From Chamaesiphon sp. (lineage in GTDB: Bacteria > Cyanobacteriota > Cyanobacteriia > Cyanobacteriales > Chamaesiphonaceae), in contig CBDFFH010000009.1 of assembly GCA_965246715.1 (NCBI GenBank), positions 64,001-128,000 of the forward strand: 64,000 bases of DNA. The letters run 5' to 3'. This document shows, in pieces, positions 54,727 to 64,000 of the stretch. Made by a program: the position numbers and the translations under genes. A model generated the notes under the pieces. It did not search any database, was not told where the DNA came from, and was given only the letters and a program-made list of their open reading frames with translations. Within the stretch, counting starts at the first letter, position 1, and every line of letters begins with the position of its first letter.

Positions 54727-55110
54727 ATGTCTCATTTTACAACCATTAAAGTCCAAATCAAAAACGGTGAAGTGCTAGCTGATGTTCTTAACGAATTAGG
54801 TCATAAAGTAGAAACAAATACACAAGTACGTGGTTATCAAGGCGATCGAATTCAGGCTGAATACGTCATCCGCCGTCAAAATGGTTATGACATCGGCTTT
54901 CGCAAAGAAAAAGATGATGACGATAACTATGAAATCATTGCTGATTTCTGGGGTACGCAGCTAAATCAAACCCAATTTGTCAACGAAATCCAACAAAAAT
55001 ACGCTCACAAAATGCTGCTAACTACAGCGGCAAATCAGGGCTATACGATCGAAGCAGAAGATGTATTAGCAGATGGTACGGTGCGGGTTGTGGTTGGACG
55101 ATGGATTTAA
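54727..55110 (+). CDS. DUF1257/Ycf35-family protein
   Basis: MSHFTTIK, VRGYQG, YDIGF, ADFWG, QKYA. Confidence 0.9.
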   Translation: MSHFTTIKVQIKNGEVLADVLNELGHKVETNTQVRGYQGDRIQAEYVIRRQNGYDIGFRKEKDDDDNYEIIADFWGTQLNQTQFVNEIQQKYAHKMLLTTAANQGYTIEAEDVLADGTVRVVVGRWI

Positions 55111-55133
55111 AGCGTAATTTCTTGGGGGGTGAG

Positions 55134-55412
55134 CCTCGGATAATTGATAAATCTCTAATTAATATGTGACTAGTTTGATGAACTGTATCTGTGTAACTTT
55201 GACAATTAGGGCAGTTAATACCCTCGTTAGTTAGCTGTAAATGGAGAAATATAAATCCAGCTTCTTTATCGCAAGTGAAAACGGTGGTATTCGGTAAATT
55301 TAATAAAGAGTTTAGGTGAAAGTCCATATTGAGGAGAGGTGTAAAATGTAGCTTTCGCTACATTTTACACTATTTAGCGGAGAGATCCCTAACTGGAATT
55401 GTCAGACCGAGG
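55134..55412 (-). pseudogene. ISL3 remnant (N-terminal zinc-finger part of transposase)
   Basis: MDFHLNSLLNLP...CPNC...IRDLSI then breaks off; CCTCGG / CCGAGG at the ends. Confidence 0.7.
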
Positions 55413-55428
55413 AAGGCATAGGTTTCAC

Positions 55429-56022
55429 CTATTTATAAAGATTGAAGTATTGTCCACAAACCAAGTATGCCGTACCTTTCACCTTAAAGTTTTTAGTGTA
55501 TTGTTTTGCCTTTACATATATCTTTTCAAATGATGAATATTTCAACAACATATCTTCGCCACCGAAGTAAAGAACTACGATATCCTTAAATCCATTTGTT
55601 CGATCGGAAGTAACAATAAATCTACTAAAAGATAAGAAAGAGTCGATTAGTGAATATTGACTGCCGTTATGTTTTAAAATCTCAATCGGACAACCACCCA
55701 TATCACATAAAAATGGAGAGGGAGATGAAAAGATTCTAAGTAATATCTCAGGTTGGCCATCTCCATCAAGATCGACTTTGTTATACGAGTATAAAACAGA
55801 ACCTTTAGAATATAATATTCCTGAATGCTCTGTTCGGATATATTGCTCGATTTTATTATCTCTAGAAGAAAAATTCTTAGCAACTTTTACTTCGCTGACA
55901 TCAATCCCAGATCGAGTTGAAAGAGAGCATTCATCTTCACTCCGAACAGAAGTGGTGGCAATAATCAAACAAATGATTGTTGATAGGATAGCTAACTTTT
56001 TTGCAACTTTAGGATATATCAT
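55429..56022 (-). CDS. Putative secreted protein (DLDGDGQPE Ca-binding-like motif)
   Basis: Signal peptide, VDLDGDG, C..GGC; AT-rich. Confidence 0.7.
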   Translation of the reverse strand: MIYPKVAKKLAILSTIICLIIATTSVRSEDECSLSTRSGIDVSEVKVAKNFSSRDNKIEQYIRTEHSGILYSKGSVLYSYNKVDLDGDGQPEILLRIFSSPSPFLCDMGGCPIEILKHNGSQYSLIDSFLSFSRFIVTSDRTNGFKDIVVLYFGGEDMLLKYSSFEKIYVKAKQYTKNFKVKGTAYLVCGQYFNLYK

Positions 56023-56086
56023 AATTTTCGATTACAGACTGGATAAGATGGCTGCACTAGCATATAGCAGCCAAAGCGACTTGAGA

Positions 56087-57022
56087 TCATGCAGTAAACT
56101 TGCGGACTATTTCTGACTCTCCCAGCCCTAATTCCACAGTGAATTCTTCACCAAGTTCTGCGGTAAAATTTAGCTGATTCCAATTGTCACCTGGTTTAGA
56201 AGTGACGGCGATCGATTCTCCCGATCGATCTGTGAGGGTTAACTTTACGCCAACGGGTAACTCTGTCTGTCCGACTGGATAAACTTGGATGAGAATATCT
56301 AACTCCAAGGGATTTTCGGTCGAGCAGAGATCGACAACCAAAATTAGCGAGTTAACGCCTACTTGGAGCGCGAAATCAAACTTTTGACCCCGCTTGATAC
56401 TGAGTCCGCTCCGACACAATCTCAGTTGCTCTGGACTTAATAAGCGATCGAGTGTTTCCCAGCCACTGTCGATCTGTCGCTCCAACCATTGCCCTAACTG
56501 GACGATGGGCGGACGTTCTAGGTTAGTTAAATATTCGATCGAACTCTCTAGATCGACCAATTTAGTAAGTTCGATCGATCCAGTCTGTTGGCGACTAAAA
56601 CCCAAGATCGTTGCTTCAGTTTCCGTCTCATTCAATCGCACGGGAAGATAGCCGATGCGCTCGCGTTCGGATTCGGGGGGAATAGTGCAGGTGGTAAGAT
56701 TTGGAGCTACTGGAATACATTCTAATTTACCGATGCCTTCAACGATCAAGTCAGCAACATTGGTGAGTTTGACGAGTAATGGGTTGCGACTGTCGCTGTG
56801 CGGCCAATCCGTGGCAAATCCCAAACAGCGGAGGTAATAATCGACAGCATACACGGCTAAAGCGTTGCGATAGACGAGATCGAATTTAGATCGATCGGTT
56901 ATCCCTTGCGCCGATGTTTGGGCGAGTGCGTGGGCATCTTGGGGTAAGGTAACTGTAAAGGTAAGTAATTTACTATCGAGATCGTGCATTGCGAGAGCCT
57001 CTTGAAATAATCTGTTCGACAT
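56087..57022 (-). CDS. DUF1822-family protein
   Basis: VYRNALAVYAV..YL, VADL, GKLEC.PV, RIGY, LGQWL. Confidence 0.85.
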   Translation of the reverse strand: MSNRLFQEALAMHDLDSKLLTFTVTLPQDAHALAQTSAQGITDRSKFDLVYRNALAVYAVDYYLRCLGFATDWPHSDSRNPLLVKLTNVADLIVEGIGKLECIPVAPNLTTCTIPPESERERIGYLPVRLNETETEATILGFSRQQTGSIELTKLVDLESSIEYLTNLERPPIVQLGQWLERQIDSGWETLDRLLSPEQLRLCRSGLSIKRGQKFDFALQVGVNSLILVVDLCSTENPLELDILIQVYPVGQTELPVGVKLTLTDRSGESIAVTSKPGDNWNQLNFTAELGEEFTVELGLGESEIVRKFTA

Positions 57023-57562
57023 TCGAGCGATATTTAATAATTTTAATCAGAGTTATTGACGCTCTAATCGGCTAGTAGTAAGTATAAATAATGAAAATAA
57101 CCGCTACTGTAAATGATTCTGGAGATAGGGTAGATAATTACGCAAATTGCGCTGATAAAAGCTCGATGCTGTCGGGATCGATGTGTTGAGGGCAGTAGCG
57201 ATTTCTTGCCAACTTTTCCCGCCGCAGACCATTAATAGAATCGCTTGAAATGTAGCATCTGGTAGAGTTTGAATGTGCTCCTTGGCAAGTAATCCATCGG
57301 GGTCGTCGGTGATAAAATCGACTAGTAATTTGAGATCGTTATCCCCAGCCTCTGGTTGAGGGATCTCGCGCGTGCTAGTCGTCGCATCGTGGGAATTAAC
57401 CGTTCGATCGGTTTCCTGCCATTGAATGCGGGCTTGCCTGGGGAGATTGGTGATGCCTCTTTTTTGATACTTTTGATAGACATCTTGAAACCGAAAATTA
57501 AAGATATTATTTACCCAGGCCATTACCGAATATTGGGGGTTGTAAGTAGCGATTTTGCGACA

Positions 57563-59050
57563 CAGGGTGAACGCATCAAAACAGGATTTATTTCGATCGA
57601 GAGCCACTAAAATAGGCGATTAATGATATTCGATTGCTTAACTACAATTACGACAATATCAATAAAATCGAAACCAAAGACGAGGTTAAATTAACTCAAT
57701 TTAGTCCGGCAAAAGTGCGGCTAAAGATATTTAGCCAAATTCATACTCTGGGGTTAGTTAAATTTAGGCTAAAATAGCCTCTAGAAGTTCGCGCGAATAT
57801 TCTTCATCAAGGCTCGCAAGAAATCGCTTCTTCCTAACACTTAGTTTTCGACTCTTGTTCTGACTCATTATATTAACTGCTATATGTCTTAAAACAGCAA
57901 AATTAGCTGGAGCATTATCTTTTCTAATTCGACTAATGTCTTCTTTGAAAATAACATCAAGTACCCAATGGAGTGAATTTTCTATCGACCAATGACCTCT
58001 GATTGCTTCTGCTAGTTTTTCAACATTATCTTCTAAGCTACTGATGAAATAACGAGCTTCTACGCTGGTTTTTTCATTGACAACTCGAACTGATTCTACC
58101 ATGCAAATACTAGTCAGATTTTGCCATTTTAGCAATGGATCTATTGATGTTGCAATGTCTGATATCATTAGGTAATTACGAGTTTCCTCTCTACCTCTAT
58201 TCATCTCTCTACTGCTGAAGCTATGCGTTTTCAGACTTTCACCACGAGTTTTAATCGCCTGTTTGAATAGCTGTTCTACCCTTTCATATAAACTTGGTTG
58301 ATTCTTTTTGACAGCAATTACATAATCTGCTTCTTTTTTGACAATTTTCTTGACTATTTCTCGCTGACATCCCATTGCATCAATTGTCACTATACATCCA
58401 GCTAGATCTAAGGCATTAATCAACTCAGGCAATGCAGTAATTTCATTTGATTTACTCTCGACTTTTGTTTGTCCTAATACTAATCTATTACTTGCTGCCC
58501 AAGCACTGACCGTATTAATTACTCCTTTACCATTTTTTTCGTCTCTTGAATTTCGAGATTGTTTTCCATCAAATGCGATTATCTCTCCTGCTGTTATTTT
58601 ACTTATTCCTTTAATCCAATGCAGGAAAGATTTATTGAATTCTTCAGGATTAATTTGTGAAAATACCCGTGCAAATGTATCGTGAGATGGTATCCCATTC
58701 GGTAATTCTAGAAATTCCTCCAGCCATTTTTTTCTGGTGATGCCATACAGCTCTATGTCTTCCCATCCATCTGCTCCACATACTACTGCACAAATCGAGA
58801 TCGTGATAATATCGATTAGTTTGTGTTTTTTCCCCCGTTCAATTCTAATGTCTTTTATGTCACCAAAGTGTTCTGCGATACTATGCCTTGGCTTTAGCTT
58901 CATTTGACGCGATCTGAATTTCCAATAAATATAACATAATTAACTGGCTATACTTGTTTACCATTAAAGCTTTCATACTTTTCGTAATTCAAATCTGCAA
59001 CTGATTTGCGAGGATTTTAAATAGTAGGAAATTTAAGTGCGTTCACCCTG
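57563..59050 (-). mobile_element. Complete ISAs1-family IS
   Basis: IRs CAGGGTGAACGCA; 10-bp TSD TTTTGCGACA (57553-57562, 59051-59060). Confidence 0.95.
57764..58903 (-). CDS. ISAs1 transposase
   Basis: PSHDTFARVF, FDGK, KSNEITA, HWSIENSLHW. Confidence 0.94.
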   Translation of the reverse strand: MKLKPRHSIAEHFGDIKDIRIERGKKHKLIDIITISICAVVCGADGWEDIELYGITRKKWLEEFLELPNGIPSHDTFARVFSQINPEEFNKSFLHWIKGISKITAGEIIAFDGKQSRNSRDEKNGKGVINTVSAWAASNRLVLGQTKVESKSNEITALPELINALDLAGCIVTIDAMGCQREIVKKIVKKEADYVIAVKKNQPSLYERVEQLFKQAIKTRGESLKTHSFSSREMNRGREETRNYLMISDIATSIDPLLKWQNLTSICMVESVRVVNEKTSVEARYFISSLEDNVEKLAEAIRGHWSIENSLHWVLDVIFKEDISRIRKDNAPANFAVLRHIAVNIMSQNKSRKLSVRKKRFLASLDEEYSRELLEAILA

Positions 59051-59257
59051 TTTTGCGACAGATTTCCAGCAGCGTCTCGTTGAGAGCTTCATCATAAATA
59101 TCTTGAAAATTGGGAATGTTCGACCAGTTACGTTGTCTGGCGATACTGTCAGATTGACGAATGGCACTCATTAATTTTGATAAAGCAATCCGCCGTTGCG
59201 AACTGCGATCGGGAGCTGTTTGGGCTTGTGCTACTAGTTGGCGTAATTCATCCATAT

Positions 59258-59725
59258 TTAACATCTCGCGCTTAACTGATGTAACATCGGGCCGACTTGT
59301 TGCATCGAGCCACTAGTAGCGTAATTTCTGCCTAAAATCGCCATGTTGGGGGTGGAGTCAAAGGCTTGTTTGAGTTTAAAAATCTCTGTGGTGGTATAGA
59401 TTGTCTCATCGGTCGCGATCGAGTATGCACCATAAGTAAGTTCGATTTTCCAGCGATCGTAACCTTGATGTCGATATCCCAAGCCGATCGTCCGCTCGAT
59501 CGGAATCGATAACGCTCGAAAGTTCTGGAGTTGTTTTTGTTCGATCTTCGGGATCCGTTCGGCTACTACTTGTTGCAACTTTGGGGAGATAACGACCTTG
59601 CCAGTTTGAATCTCGATCGTTTTAGTCTGTGCGGGTTGTTGGACGTAGGCAACAATTGCTAAATCGGGGCGGGTCAATCGATTGCAGAAGGTAAAATGCT
59701 CGATCGGTAAGATGGTTGCTAACAT
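59258..59725 (-). CDS. Hypothetical protein
   Basis: 155-aa ORF abutting the sigma-like gene start. Confidence 0.55.
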   Translation of the reverse strand: MLATILPIEHFTFCNRLTRPDLAIVAYVQQPAQTKTIEIQTGKVVISPKLQQVVAERIPKIEQKQLQNFRALSIPIERTIGLGYRHQGYDRWKIELTYGAYSIATDETIYTTTEIFKLKQAFDSTPNMAILGRNYATSGSMQQVGPMLHQLSARC

Positions 59726-59923
59726 AAATTTTCAATACAGCAGTCGATATTACTAATTCATGTCAGACTCAAGCTTTTTATGCGTCAGCAGCTCGAAAAT
59801 CTCGATCGATCTCATTATTCATAGCTTTGTAACAAGGGTTATTTATATTAAAGGGTACGAGGAAAACGAGTCATACAAATAGCAACTTGGAATATCGATT
59901 TGGTAGTTAGCGATCGATCGAAT

Positions 59924-60736
59924 CTAGAATTCACATACAGATGCTTTAACTGGATAAACTTTCGCACTAATTTGATTTGAATCGAGAGTGAGATCTGTCA
60001 ATTTAGTCAACCCAGACAATGGCTTGACATCACCGATCTGATTTGATATGAGGATGAGAGCTTTCAAGTTAGTCAACTTAGCTAATGGCTTAACATCACT
60101 AATTTTATTTGAATCGAGGAAGAGAGCTTTCAAGTTAGTCAACCCAGCTAATGACTTGACATCACTAATTTTATTTGAACTGAGGTGGAGATAGACTAAG
60201 TTAGTCAACCCAGCTAATGGCTTGATATCACCGATTTGATTTGAACTGAGGGCGAGTTCGGTCAAGTTGGTCAAACTAGCTAATAGCTTGCTATCACTGA
60301 TTCGATTCTCGCTGAGGTCGAGATAGGTTAACTTAGTCAACCCAGCTAATGGCTTGACATCACCGATTTGATTTGAACTGAGGTCGAGTTCGGTCAAGTT
60401 GGTCAACCTAGCTAATAGCTTGATATCACCGATTCGATTCTCGCTGAGGTCGAGATAGGTTAACTTAGTCAATCCAGCTAATGGCTTGATATGACTGATT
60501 TGATTCGATCTGAGGTCGAGTTTGTTAAGACTTCTAAGTTTAGAGTCGGCTGCTTGACAATTGTTAGTACCAGCTTTTTTCAATAAAACATCGATCGTGT
60601 GTCTGGTTGCCGCAGGGACAGATGATTTCTGTTGACACCACTGAGCAAAGCTTTTCGTTTGTGCGGAAGCTGTTGAGACAAGTGTAGCTTGGACTAGAAG
60701 TGTTAATCCGATCGCAAGGAAGAAGAGTTTTTTCAT
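59924..60736 (-). CDS. Secreted internalin-like leucine-rich-repeat protein
   Basis: 22-aa LRRs L.L.SNQI.D.KPLAGLT.L; signal peptide; N-cap F.QWC. Confidence 0.9.
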   Translation of the reverse strand: MKKLFFLAIGLTLLVQATLVSTASAQTKSFAQWCQQKSSVPAATRHTIDVLLKKAGTNNCQAADSKLRSLNKLDLRSNQISHIKPLAGLTKLTYLDLSENRIGDIKLLARLTNLTELDLSSNQIGDVKPLAGLTKLTYLDLSENRISDSKLLASLTNLTELALSSNQIGDIKPLAGLTNLVYLHLSSNKISDVKSLAGLTNLKALFLDSNKISDVKPLAKLTNLKALILISNQIGDVKPLSGLTKLTDLTLDSNQISAKVYPVKASVCEF

Positions 60737-60787
60737 GAGTTGGGGAATTGGATAAATTAGCAATATTTGGTGGTTCAAAAAAAGCCA

Positions 60788-60822
60788 GGGCATAATTCGG
60801 TGATTTCCGCCGAATTATGCCC
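60788..60822 (-). terminator. Hairpin terminator
   Basis: GGGCATAATTCGG..CCGAATTATGCCC followed by T-run on - strand. Confidence 0.65.
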
Positions 60823-60880
60823 TCAAGACATTAGATTTAGCTTCAGAACCAGCTATTTTTAATTACACTATCAATGACTG

Positions 60881-61396
60881 CTATTGAGGCGGGGGCATCT
60901 TATATTCCGACTTTGGCGTGTAATAACTCATATTGCAGAACCACTTGCCAAAAGTATCTTGCACGCAGACACCAACGCTCTCAGGTACGCGCGAAACCGT
61001 GCAGTTGCCTCCTGCTGGATGTACGCCGCTAATGGTATAACAGAGGTAGTGAACTACACTACCTTGGAGATCGTATGCAGGCTTGGCTGTATCGATATTG
61101 TTAAAAATTCGGAAATCATTGCTACGAACCTGGCGCGGTTTGGAAACTTGCAAGTTGAGGATGTCCATGAATTGTGTTGAGTAATTGCGTTGGTATCCAC
61201 CACTTTCTCGATCGCAAGCAGCATAGATCGCTGCTTGTCTAGCACCGATCGCACCGCTTGTTGGTGCCATTCTCGATCCACAAGCCCGAGACTGGCGGTT
61301 GGTACCGATATTACGAGATTGAGCGGTGACGAGGCAGGGACTTAGTAGTGTCAGCAGCGCACAGCCGACGATCGCGAGCGTGATTCTTGATTTCAT
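60881..61396 (-). CDS. Secreted Cys-containing hypothetical protein (paralog of 61542-62060)
   Basis: Signal peptide; shared VCVQDTFGKWFC-type motif. Confidence 0.8.
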   Translation of the reverse strand: MKSRITLAIVGCALLTLLSPCLVTAQSRNIGTNRQSRACGSRMAPTSGAIGARQAAIYAACDRESGGYQRNYSTQFMDILNLQVSKPRQVRSNDFRIFNNIDTAKPAYDLQGSVVHYLCYTISGVHPAGGNCTVSRVPESVGVCVQDTFGKWFCNMSYYTPKSEYKMPPPQ

Positions 61397-61541
61397 ATTG
61401 AGTTTAGATGTGGATTGGACGAGAGTAGATTAGGCTTCGTAACCTAAATGAACTTTTACAGATTTTTAGATAGTCGGATCTTAAAATCGGCTATTTTTAC
61501 TAAAAACTAGAGTTGGCTAAATTATCCGTAATCTATGATTG

Positions 61542-62060
61542 CTATTGAGGCGGTGGCATGTGATAGTCCGGCGTTGATGATAACGTGCTCATAGCGCAGA
61601 ACCATTTGCCAAAAGTATCTTGCACGCACGTACCAATGCTTTCAGGTACGCGCGAAATCGTGCAGTTCTGTCCTGCTTTATGCACATTGTCATCAATGTT
61701 ATAACAGCGGTATTGAACTACGCTGCCTTGGAGATCGTATACAGGCTTGGTTGTATCGATATTGGTGAAACTTCGGAAATCGTTACTATTAACCTGACGC
61801 GGTTTTGCAACTTGCAGACTGAGGATATCAATAAAGAGTGTTTCGTAATTTGCGTGGTATCCATCACTTTCTGTATGACAAGCAGCATAAATTGCGGCCT
61901 GTCTAGCACTTATGGCACCTCGTGTTGGTGCCGTTCTCGATGGACAAGTCCGAGGTTGGCGGTTGGTACCAATGTTGCGAGCTTGAGCGGTGAGGATGTA
62001 GGGATTTAGTAGTGTCAGCAGTGCACAGCCGACGATCGCGAGCGTGAGTCTTAATTTCAT
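61542..62060 (-). CDS. Secreted Cys-containing hypothetical protein (paralog of 60881-61396)
   Basis: Signal peptide; same Cys pattern, ends MPPPQ. Confidence 0.8.
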   Translation of the reverse strand: MKLRLTLAIVGCALLTLLNPYILTAQARNIGTNRQPRTCPSRTAPTRGAISARQAAIYAACHTESDGYHANYETLFIDILSLQVAKPRQVNSNDFRSFTNIDTTKPVYDLQGSVVQYRCYNIDDNVHKAGQNCTISRVPESIGTCVQDTFGKWFCAMSTLSSTPDYHMPPPQ

Positions 62061-62250
62061 ATCTTGGATGCTTTATAGAGTTTGCGTAAATGCCAAACAG
62101 TGGCAATGGAATCAACGATACTAAGATCGATCGTTGGTAGAGATGCTTAAAATAAGCGATCGATTATCTCTATACGATCGATTCATGCAAGCGTATTGCT
62201 GTTTATGCGATGGGTGAAGATTATTAATATTTCTTAATAGTTATTGGAAT

Positions 62251-64000
62251 TTAGGGATTATTATTTCTGATTACTAATGCTTTAATTTTGGGATCGTTCA
62301 TTAACTTTTGAGTATCAGCGAGCAATCGATCGCCCCAATTTTGTTCTTTGAGCGATTGAATATTTATATCACGAGAGACTGAGAGCGCACGCTCGGCATT
62401 AGCATAAGCTTGAGTTTTTTTTCCTTGGGCGAATAGCGCAACAGCAAGGGCTAATAGCTCTGAATTTCTGAGCACCTCGTTGCCCCACACGATCGACTGT
62501 TGCCAATCTTTTATGGCTTTATCGCGATCGCCCATTTCATAGTAAATATGCCCCCGATTGATATAAGCCTCGTCAAATCGGTCTTGAAGTGCGATCGCCT
62601 TTGTATAGTCAATTAGGGCTTGCGAGTACTGTTTTTGGAGGCGGTAGATATTTCCCCTATCGAAGTAATGACTGGCAGTTTTGGGGTCGAGTCGGATTAC
62701 TTTTGTATAGTCAATTTGTGTTTGTGAGTATTGTTTTTGCAGGCTATAGAAATAGCCTCGACTATGGTAGGCATCGACATTTTGGGGATCGAGTTGAAGT
62801 GCTTTGGCATAGTCAGCTAATACTTGTGAATCTTGTTGGTTATTTTTGGTATAGCTAGAGCCAAGTTGCCGTTGCTGTAATTCTATATGCATACGGTAAA
62901 AATTACCTCGATTGATGTATGTATCTGCATTTTGAGGTTCGAGTTCGATCGCTTTGTTGAGGTCAGCTAATGCTTGCGGAAATTGTTGTTGGTTGCGATA
63001 GATATTGCCCCGATTGATATAGGCATCTGCATTTTGGGGATCGACTTGGATCGCTTTGTTAAAGTCGGCTAGTGCTTCTGGGTATTGATTATAACGATCT
63101 CGGTAGAAAATCCCCCGCTGGATGTAGGCATCGGCGTTTTGAGGATCGATTTGAATAGCTTTCTTGAGATCGTCAATATCGCCAAGAAATAACGCACGAC
63201 TGATGTAAGCATCGGCATTTTGGGGATCGATTTGAATCGCTTTATCAAAGTCAGCTCGTGCTTGCAAGTATTTGTTTTGTAAGCTATGGATATTCCCGCG
63301 ATTTATATAAGCATATGTATCTTGAGAATCGATTTGGATCGCTTTATTAAAATCGGTTAGTGCTCGTGAATATTGTTTTTGTAATTGGTACAGTTGACCA
63401 CGATTGATATAAGCACGTGTATTTTGAGGATCGAGTTGAATTGCTTTATTAAAATCGGTTAGTGCTTGTGGATATTTTTTTTGTAGGCGATAGAGATTTC
63501 CTCGCTGATTGTAGGCAGAGATATTTTGCAGATCGAGTTGGATTGCTTTATTAAAGTCTGCTAATGCTTGTGGATAGTACTTTTGTAAACTGTATAATTC
63601 GCCGCGATTGATGTAAACAGATATATCTTGAGGATCGAGTTGGATTACTTTATTAAAGTCTGCTAGTGCTTGTGGATATTGTTTTTGTAGGCCGTAGATA
63701 TGCCCTCGCTGGTTGTAAGCAATAGTATTGTTAGGTCTATCTTTAATAAATCGATCGGTTGCGACGATCGCTTCTGAATACCGTTTGAGATGTTGTAAAA
63801 TTATCCCTTTTATCATGTACAGCGAGCTATTATTCGGCTTTAACTCGATCGCTACTTCTATCGCCTTCAAGGCCTCAATATTTCGGTTTAAGCCTCCTAG
63901 ATACCCAGCTAGACTACGCCATGCAGGCATAAATGTATGATCGACCTTAGTAGCTTGTTGAAAGGCAATCACAGCTAGCTGCTCTTGTTTAGATTGCCTA
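62251..64000 (-). CDS. Tetratricopeptide-repeat protein (5' end probably outside window)
   Basis: Many 34-aa AY.NRG..Y..QKQY.QALADFNKAIQLDP repeats. Confidence 0.9.
   Translation of the reverse strand, partial: RQSKQEQLAVIAFQQATKVDHTFMPAWRSLAGYLGGLNRNIEALKAIEVAIELKPNNSSLYMIKGIILQHLKRYSEAIVATDRFIKDRPNNTIAYNQRGHIYGLQKQYPQALADFNKVIQLDPQDISVYINRGELYSLQKYYPQALADFNKAIQLDLQNISAYNQRGNLYRLQKKYPQALTDFNKAIQLDPQNTRAYINRGQLYQLQKQYSRALTDFNKAIQIDSQDTYAYINRGNIHSLQNKYLQARADFDKAIQIDPQNADAYISRALFLGDIDDLKKAIQIDPQNADAYIQRGIFYRDRYNQYPEALADFNKAIQVDPQNADAYINRGNIYRNQQQFPQALADLNKAIELEPQNADTYINRGNFYRMHIELQQRQLGSSYTKNNQQDSQVLADYAKALQLDPQNVDAYHSRGYFYSLQKQYSQTQIDYTKVIRLDPKTASHYFDRGNIYRLQKQYSQALIDYTKAIALQDRFDEAYINRGHIYYEMGDRDKAIKDWQQSIVWGNEVLRNSELLALAVALFAQGKKTQAYANAERALSVSRDINIQSLKEQNWGDRLLADTQKLMNDPKIKALVIRNNNP

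Larger units (their letters stand above)
57104..59255 (-). pseudogene. Sigma-70/ECF-like regulator interrupted by ISAs1
   Basis: 59255-59051 plus 57552-57104 join in frame (654 nt); C-terminal HTH GKSWQEIATALNTSIPTASSFYQR; precedes DUF1822. Confidence 0.8.

Noticed and set aside
59924..64000. DNA-level tandem repeats of 66 and 102 bp
   Set aside because: Explained by LRR and TPR protein repeats

Overview
Chromosomal window from a cyanobacterium: psaE, crtB/pds, vipp1, CRR7 and a tmRNA tagging ANNIVPFARKAAPVAA are present, and CGATCG/HIP1-type palindromes are very dense. The frequent TCGATCGA variant is Chamaesiphon-like (inference). Housekeeping blocks (5-28 kb, 39-55 kb) alternate with accessory regions. 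(i) At 0.7-5 kb a Type IIG/ISP-like restriction-modification gene has been destroyed by nested IS elements. (ii) At 31.2-39.3 kb an element sits at the 3' end of tRNA-Thr(GGT). It carries an integrase, an excisionase-like ORF, a primase-helicase Rep with an internal octamer iteron array, a MobF relaxase with a candidate oriT, and a ParM-type partition module, and its distal end is truncated at an ISKra4. (iii) A Y1/HUH TnpA sits in an array of two-hairpin repeats whose relatives are spread across the window inside nested MITEs. (iv) At 55-64 kb is a cluster of secreted, LRR and TPR genes with an IS-disrupted sigma-like gene. The most striking signal is five different 24-nt double-hairpin micro-insertions, each in frame and each splitting a CGAT^CG site, all inside genes of the integrated element. 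All calls come from reading sequence and motifs; no database searches were run.
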